NCBI GenBank assembly: GCA_965235115.1
Contig: OZ249439.1
Span: 23,684,001-23,748,000 of the forward strand
DNA length: 64,000 nucleotides
Reading direction: 5' to 3'
Source of the DNA: Laetmonice hystrix
Lineage: Eukaryota
A program made the translations under genes and the position numbers. This document shows positions 55,656 to 64,000 of this stretch, one piece after another. How positions within the stretch are numbered: the first letter of the stretch is position 1; each line of letters starts with the position of its first letter. The notes under the pieces are model-generated. The model ran no database searches. It was not told the origin of the DNA and saw only the letters and a program-made list of their open reading frames with translations.

Positions 55656-58000
55656 TTAGCTGTTCCCTCAAGTCAGCCTGAGTCAGCTGCATTCAGTACG
55701 TATCTGTAATAGCAATCGGGACCCCGCCGTTTATATAAATACCAATCGGAGGGACTCCAACGAGGACAACGCCGCCGCCAGGAAAACAAGCGTTTGTCTT
55801 GGCATTGCGGCAGGGAAGGCATACGAAATATAGGCAGCCGGGTGTGCAGCCTGCAGGTTAGGGTTTGCACCGCTCCCCATGGCGGGCCTTTTCCTACCCT
55901 GATCCCGTGAGATATGATCTTTCCGACCGGTAGGGGGCGCCCGTGTAGCGACCCGCAGGGGGAGCCTGTGCCCTAGGGTTCGCAGCAGCTGACAACTTCT
56001 GTGATCAAACCACGAGCCGCCCTTTCATCCTGCCATCAGGAAAGGGCGAAGTTAATGATCCTGCTCTTTAACACTGCTCAAGAGGATTTAGAGGGAGGTT
56101 TTAATTATATCGTGGCAAGACGCCGTAGTTGGGCCCTCCTATACCCAAGCCAAGCGCCGATCATTTTGGGTAGTTGATATCATGATGATGGAGATGTCAT
56201 AGCAACTATTGCGTCTTAAAAAAAGGTGAGGGGTTATTGCCAACTGCTAACAAGTCCTTGTGCTCTATGTGACCGTCTGCGCATTGCTTAGACCACCGGG
56301 AACGCCCATCGCAAGTCGGCAGATTTACTGAATAGTTGACATCAATTCATCACGGTCGTATACTGGCAGACGATAATGACAGGGCATTATCGTTTGACAC
56401 GTTACCATAGACTGTGATAGACATCGCCTAAAGACAGTCCGCCATGCATAGCCAAACGATCCCCGTCCCAGTTAACTCCCCCAACAACTTCGTTTTGTAC
56501 CGAGTTGCCTGAATTCTAAAGGATTATATAAATCACAGGCGACGGGCGTGCTCGACTTAAAATGGGTAATCCGTCTGACACATTCATCGCTGTCTCCCTG
56601 CGAGCAAAACCAATTCAGCTGGGCCGGGGAATGCTGACGTCCCTATCATCAGTTTGGAGCATTTTAGAGATATCAAGTACTCGATCTCGGATGTCGAGAG
56701 TTATGTGCACTTGATTTCAGTCATCCAACAGCTGGAAGCAGCCAATCATATGAGATAATTTTCCAATCATGTCGGGTCTGTATCAAAATGTAAAAAAGGG
56801 GTGGGTGGGTGGGGGGGGGGGGTCGTTAAAGAAACAGGAAGAGTGGTGAAGGCCTACATCACTGCGCGGCAACTGTCATGGTTGTGTCAGTAAAGTCGGT
56901 GTGTATCCGGATGGGGTTGTCCTGCAGCAAGCAGCTGCTGACCCAACTCCTTTGTCAGGCGAGATCTGTGGCGGCCTGGTCACCAAACCAACCCTTGATT
57001 TATCACTGCGCCATGAAGGGCCAAAGGCAGAAAAACAATTCCAAGTTTCCTGACATAAGCCAGGGGCGGCCTGATCTGATGGCCGTCCTCCTCCCGTCCT
57101 GTCGTGGAACCCCCACCAGTCGTGGTCGTTAAGAATTAGTTCGATTGTGGCAGCCACGCATCCCTCCCGCGACGTGACGACATCAACGTTTCGTACGTCG
57201 GCCCTCCATCAAATTGCGCACCACGTGATTATGCCTATCCGGCGAGATGTACCATGATAAACCAGGGGACCAGGCACGCGGCTGTAAGGTCACTCGAAAA
57301 TGTTATATCTTCAAGAGAAGGCCACAGTCGTTTCTCAATGGTAGCTTTAGCTGGGATTTGAACTAATTCTTTGGTGTCCAGTGTGGAGGTGGGGGGGGGG
57401 GGGGGGGTGAATACTTGTTCATTTGTATATTTATTGTTATCTAAAGTTCGGTGTACATATTCCTTTTGAAAAGCAACTCATCTTCTCCAATGAGTGAGTA
57501 AACTGGTGGTTTTACACATTCTCAATAGTACTAAGGGTGACAAGGCAATGTTTCTAAGTGAAAATAATTAGTCTGTGTGGATCCTATAATTACCTAGCGT
57601 CCTAGCGGTTGATGTTTCGGATGGCCTGTGAACGAAATCTGCCAGCATGGAGGCAGTCCCCTGCTCTTCCTGAAAATAAATGGCTTGCGTTCTTTTAAAT
57701 CACACAGACACGGCTGCACACCTAAAAACACTTGATTACCCATTTGCGGAGTAGGGAGGGCAAATCTTTAATAAATTCGCCACATCACCTCTTTTCCTCA
57801 GTCTTCCTCGCTTATGACCAGGAAGGAGACTCGGGGTACTTGGGGTTATTATAGCCTAGGAGGAATCAGGGTAAAGGGTAGGGCACACCAACCTTCTCAG
57901 GCTCTGCAAATCCTAAAAGAAAGTCATATATAAGATGCTTTAATCCTAAAAACACTAGGAGCATAACTCTGCCGGATGTTAACCCTTAACGCCCCGTTTA

Positions 58001-58192
58001 GGCAAGACTTAATTAATATTTTGGTTTACGCGCATTTTTGGACAGAGAACAAGGTCGGTAGGGAGGAAAAAAGGGAAATTGACTTTTTCTAATCAACGTC
58101 TTATTTACATTGATAATCTAAGGTCAGTAGGTGGTAAAAATAATATGTATGAATGGGAAGAGCGTAAGCTGAACTATTAAAAAAGTCTGGCC
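58001..58192. mobile_element. PIF/Harbinger-type MITE (192 bp, diverged)
   Basis: GGCAAGACTTAATTAATATTTTGGTTTACGC vs reverse complement of the right end GGCCAGACTTTTTTAATAGTTCAGCTTACGC; TTA on both sides. Confidence 0.72.
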
Positions 58193-60399
58193 TTAAGTAT
58201 CTCCATAGTCAACTTAGCGTATTTGCCGCCTAAAAAGGTTTTAATTGTGTAAAGTTAGTTGTTTGGTGCAACGGACTGGCATAAAACATCTCAAACTTGA
58301 GTAATACTTAGGCCCACCTGCAATCGTCTCGGTATTTTTCAAACGGTCCAACAAAATCTTGTGGATCGCACACGGAAGAGAATTATCTACAGCAGTGGCA
58401 TCCACACCCCCTCCCTCCGAAATAAAGGAAACAACACGGGGATAGATTGATTCTACGTGTAGGCGTACATAAGAAACCCCCCGGGGGGCGGATTTTGTCA
58501 AGGGGATGTACCAAGTGTAGGGGGGGGGGGGGGTGAATCCAATGTGAAGCAGCTACAAACGTGTTTTATGGTGCACCTTTGCATTCTAGACGGGGAAAAC
58601 GATTAAGAAGAAGAAATGAAATACTGTGAAGGAGAGGAGCGCCGCCCCTGCACCCCCTTGATCCGCCATTGCTCCATAGAATACAATTAAGGATTATAGT
58701 TGGATTATAGTCTTCTAGTTTCGAGTGACATTTGAAGACATTTCTTTGTAGTGCGCTTCTTTGCTCAGTTATATGTAAGATTAGGGTGTATTAAAAAAGG
58801 TAAGCTATCATTTATAAGACGTCTCGAGGTAATGAGTCGGCGGCGAAACATGAAAGGTGCACTTTTAATGGTTGGTTTATGTAGTACATTTATAAGACAA
58901 ACGAGGATGATAAAGAGGAAAAAAATTAAAGAAATCTCCGGCGTCATCATCCTTATCTTGCCCTCTCAAATCTCGCTTTAAGACATAATATTTTTTCAAG
59001 TAACCTTTTGGTGGCACTTCATTCTGTCATGTTCAACTTTACCATAAATGCACCTGGCATAGAAGTAATATTATGAATGTTTATGAGAGCAATTATCACC
59101 TCCAAGGCATACTTTGAAGCAGCATGTAATGTGAGTTCTTATCATATTGTGGTGTCACGTACGGTTTTCAAGTTTTCTAGGCTGGCATAGTAGGGCCAAT
59201 TCAATAAACTTGCCGAAGCAAATGTACATTAGAAAAACACCAACTTTTCTCAAAACGACCTTTCAGAAACACATAGCTTCAAATGACGTTCCAGGATGTG
59301 TTTTGCCGTTGCCGTTTGAAGCTATGTGTGTGTTTTTGACATTCCGTTCACTACAATCACGTCCTGAAATGAAGACCGTTCACCGGTCGAATAAAATATA
59401 AATGTACTTGAAGAAAAACTTCGAAGTGCGGCATCAGACGTGTAAAACTGCATTTATGCAGGCAGAACTCGGACAAGTTATTGTTGTTAAGTGGGTGACA
59501 CATTTATTAACTTGAATTTACATAAGTGATGGTATATAGTAGAATATTGGAGGTAAGTAGGGCAGTGAGCCCACGCTGCACTGCCCATAAGGTAGCTAAG
59601 TAAGTAAGGTTATAGGAGGAGATGTGTCACCGACCCTCTCCTTAACCCTGCCCAGCACATAAGCCCTAGCAAAATACGGCTAAATAATCGTAGATGAATA
59701 TTCTCCACAAAAGACGATGACGGAGGAGTCTGGGTGGAGGTGGGATGTTCGTTCACTTCGTGTCGACAGATGTTGAGGACTCAACCTTAACCGTTTGCTT
59801 GTATTTATACCCTCCGCCTCGCCTCGTCATTTCCTTTCCTCCAATTCCTGTACCAACTGCGCATGGTTTTATGGATAGGAACCAATATGGTGGTCATAGA
59901 GAGTTCCTGGTGTAAACATAGAACCCCTTACGTGGATTCAGTCATGGATTTGATAACGAAATGAAGTAAGTTGACTTAATGCTTGCCCTACTACAACCAT
60001 CCTCGTTTAGCTTCAGAAATGATCCCGACGTTGTCGTCGTCGAGCTCGTATTTTTAAGTGCAAGTTATGTTCGCTGAAATGGATCCATTTGATAACGGTC
60101 ACACGTATAATTATATTATGACTGTCTGCTAGCCGGATAGCGAGCCGGCCAATGATATAACTTTGAATCCCCCCCCCCATGTATACAACGTATGCTTACC
60201 CAACCTTTTCGTCTGTTCGCAGGGATACTTGCATGTCTGTAACAACAACAGCATCATTCTTACACACCTGATTTCACTTGACGCTTATTGGAATTCGTTT
60301 AAATCACATTAACATCCTGTTTGTGAACCGATGCGTTGTTGACTGGAACAAGTCTCCATTCAAGGATGATCCATGCTGCCACACCTATGGAAATCTTCT

Positions 60400-62100
60400 A
60401 CCCACTGATTAGTAATGCGAAATGAATATATTGTCAGTAATGACAAAGAAAATTTCCCATTCAGCCTTCTAATCCGGTCTTAGGTGCCTAATTCGTCTCG
60501 ACGGGGTCTGATGTATTGGTTAATCATGCGCTAGATCTAATTGGAGATGGTGTGTGAAAATATGGATTAATGACGATTCGGAAGGACTGCCCCAAAAGGA
60601 ATGAGGTTTAGGTATCTGTTAGGTATCGACCAAATCGGCACTTTAATCTTTGGCGAGGCTGCCTCTCATAAATTACACGCTTCCAGTGACGGCTGCAACA
60701 CGGAAGAAGAGGTACGAATTAAAACTGAAGGAATCTTTGATTGATAGCTCCATTACAATGTCCTTTAATCTAATTTAATTCTTCACAACCGTTTGCTATT
60801 ATTTTCTACGGGGACTCTGAAGCTGAAGAGTGAAAGTCAAGTTTTAAAACAGGACGCTATGGACATGAAGGAGACCGTATTGTGATGAACATGAAACTTG
60901 AAAACTTGTATCGTAAAAGAATTAATGAAAGCAGCTATGCATGATCCTTTCTTTCCAGAAGCTTATGAATGTGTAAATTGATTATATTCACTGTGCACAA
61001 CTCTTTTGTTTAAAGTTGCATTATTATAGTCAGTGTGTCAGTGACTTAATTTCGGCTTGGAATAGTCAGGACCTTCATTTTTGAAAGCAATAGTTTTTGA
61101 TACAGAAGACTGATTATATGAGAGGATAGTCTTTAAAACGTTAATATACACTCTGGAAGCTTATCAGAAAGTGGCGTTAGTAAAGCTGCAAGCTATTCAA
61201 CTCTTCAATTCTTTTTCAGAATAACAGATATTATTATCTGTGTTGACTGAACAGTATAGGAGACAAAGGTCTAGTGTCTGGAGTCGGCACCTGCATGCAA
61301 ACAATTAATGGATGGTTTATAGCATGAACAGGAGGAGCGTGGCTAACATCAAGTGCTCGATCGCTTTGAGAATATTGGCATTCGACCTAATCTAATCTTA
61401 TAAACTTCTCCCTGGAGTTTATCAGCGCATGTTATCCAATTCATGTGGATGTTCTCTTCGCATTGCCCGGATAGAAAGGGATGTCTTTTCAGCAGTCTAG
61501 GGCATAGGGAATTTTAAAATTAATAGGTCCAGAACATTGTCCGAGCAGGACTTGTGCAAAAAGTTCATTTTTCTTGAAGGTACCTCTCACGGTCTCTCTT
61601 GTGGGTTGGATTTACGATGAAGGGGCTGTATGTGCTCAAGATGGTATTCTCGTTAACGCTTCAATATATGACACCGTCTGGGATATTGGTCGTTGATATC
61701 TTTCCTGGCGTGAGCAAGTACTAGTGTGCCCCTCAGTCATGATCGCCCACCAGCTACAACGTCTAAAGATAGACACGCACATTATGCCGTCCAGCTGCCG
61801 CGAGCTCTAACCTCTTTAGCCGGGAGTTCCGTTTAGATCTCATTGACGATTCTCCCGAGACGTTAGCCTTCCTTTCTAACCTGACGATTGCCTCATTTGG
61901 TCCTGCAGTGTTTGGGATATAGCCTTTACGATGTGTATAAGCGTAATAAGGTTCAATTGCTATAATTATTGAATGATAGGTGAGAGGACGCTAGAAGGTT
62001 GTTTCTGATATCTTTCTCGTAAAATCAGAATCAGAAAGGTGGTTTAACATTAGGAAGGACTCATTGCGAGTCATCTTTTTGGCCTCAGTTTCTTTTCTTT
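60400..62100 (-). mobile_element. Possible very decayed BEL/Pao LTR-retrotransposon remnant
   Basis: KRLELAAA at ~61790-61815 resembles the Pao PRLEL.AA motif, followed by an NP-containing segment at a plausible distance; no intact frame. Confidence 0.3.
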
Positions 62101-64000
62101 CAGTTTCTCGGTGACATTGACCTTTGAGGATAACTACATATAGATGCAGTACAAGCCAACACGATGACAACTAACCGTGGCCGGTATGAAACTGACCAAT
62201 GATCTATGATCTGGTTGTCAAGCAGGGACTACTTTATACTTCTCCTAACGGAAACAGCTTGCATATTTTGTACCAAACAGAGTAGAGGTCGAAGCTGGTA
62301 TAGAGGGCCACAGACAGTGCTGACTGAACATGGAAATGAGGCTTCCTCATCTCATGACATTAGCACCACATTGCCTTGTCTCAAGAATAATTCATAAGTA
62401 TACATGGAAACACCTGTGTGTATGTGAACATCTATAGAGGTGAGGTTAACTTTTTCATTCTCCATTTCACCCAATCACTTCAGCAGGGAGGGCTGACCGC
62501 TCAGACTATCGTAGCTTGTAATGCCACAATTAAGTGTCGTCAGAGGTTTTTGTTAGTCCGCAATAAAATGCGCTCAAACAATATTTGTTTGGAATATTTG
62601 CAAGGAATATTAGCAAGGAATATTATTTGCGCGCAAACAAACAATAATTCATTGTGCGTAAATAATATTTTTTATGCACATTTTATTGCGAGCAAAGCCT
62701 CTGACAACATTAAGTCATGGCGTATACAAGCCAGGGTACTCAGCCGATTGCCTAACACACACAGACTGCTCCACCGAAAGTCACGTTGCTGTCTCCTACT
62801 ACTAGCTACAGTGAGAACGGGGATCTTCTTCAATGAGGTCGGCACATTGTTGTAAAAACGGCAACCTTTAAGACCACAACATATCTTTCGCCCGTTAACG
62901 CCTATATTTAATAAAACGATTATTTCCAAATTCCATGCATGTAACATAATGCCAAAGAAGGCGTTAGCCTCGCCATTGGTTGATTCAGTACCGATTCTCG
63001 CGGATCTAGCGTTGGGTACGTTATTTCCTCGTCAGGAAAAACAGAAGAGAATACAATCCGACTGGTGCGTTAGATTATGTCGGCTTTGCTTGTGAGGCAG
63101 AGCACATTATCTGACCATTCCTGTGACATCATCGATCATCACTCTACGTGATGGATGCATGATTGTCTTTCAACACCGTTTAAAAACTACTTCCTCATGT
63201 GGCGACTGAATGCAGGGCCACACGTACGGTACGTGCGCATCATAATGCCAACTTCACAACACGTTTTGAGCTGGGAAATACCCTGGGTGATTGTGAATTT
63301 TAAGGATAGAACTATTTTCAAAATCAGGGATGGATAGGTGATACATTGCAGAGTGGGGGTTATCCTTTAAAATGATCAAGGCAGGGAAATGACTAGGAAA
63401 ATTGCCACAGTGTGTAAATCCCTTAAGACCGATATTTTACCGTGTTTTTAGGAGGCAAGAGCAGGTGCCGCGACTATTAGCAGACGTATACGCGGAAGTA
63501 TGTAATTCTAGACAAGCCTCTATAATGTTGACAGCGACTGCCACTTTTTTGAAAGGCCGTCTGTCAAAGCGTCCCCGCCCTCGGTATTTCAGTCAGACAA
63601 ACGCGCCATACCCTTTTTGTAGAAATTTTATTTCTACTATTCAACAACAAAGTTTTCCCCCAGTTTACAGATTGACGTTTGGGGAACAGGTCGGCCTCCC
63701 GATGCCTCGGGCATGGTCAACAATATGTCAACAAGTCCTCTACAAGCATGAATTGAAAGTGGGAGACAGTCTTTCAAGATTAACCTTCACTCCGTGGCCA
63801 CCGGAAGTGGCATAACGTAGTGAAATCGTTGTCCAGAAGGCGGATCTCCCTTCCAGTTAGATTTCTACTCCCGTGGCTACTGGAAGGGTAACGTCAGACT
63901 CCTGTAGCAGTTGGGCCCGACGGCCCCTGGAGACCAAAGGACGCCTTCCAAGAACAGGAGGCGCTAGGGGTGGCGGCGGGTAACAACTTGATTAAACGGT

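Noticed and set aside
35029-58535. Long G-runs as functional G-quadruplex elements
   Set aside because: Poly-G tracts are scattered without positional pattern; nothing singles any out.
52600-64000. Short ORFs of 60-145 aa in the last 11 kb
   Set aside because: No recognisable motifs, and I could not link them by compatible splice sites; treated as intergenic or TE-derived.

Overview
Eukaryotic (invertebrate-animal-like), repeat-rich 64-kb window. (1) 1-11313: a young, apparently intact Ty3/Gypsy LTR retrotransposon on the minus strand. It has identical LTRs, a tRNA-His PBS, a PPT, and gag and pol joined by a -1 frameshift signal. Its unusually long 3' region carries a non-env accessory ORF and four tandem copies of a covarying, pseudoknotted RNA motif. 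(2) 11.4-15.2 kb: decayed LINE fragments. (3) 15.3-28.2 kb: an intronless, divergent steroid-5-alpha-reductase/TECR-like membrane-protein gene. Its 3' part was captured into a ~1.6-kb tandem unit (4 partial copies) that grades into an older tandem array containing an internally deleted Kolobok transposon. The copies show repeated de novo TA->TAGGC(C)TA micro-insertions. (4) 29.8-42.9 kb: two tandem Shisa-like single-pass genes on the minus strand, reconstructed by hand (347 aa and 321 aa). In each, the 3' splice site plus the start of the transmembrane exon has been amplified independently into a minisatellite (~45 x 66 bp; 8 x 89 bp). (5) 43-64 kb: mostly non-coding, with minisatellites, several Harbinger-type MITEs (TTA TSD), a hAT-like MITE, inverted/direct duplications and very decayed retroelement remnants. 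All calls were made by eye, with no database searches or folding computations.
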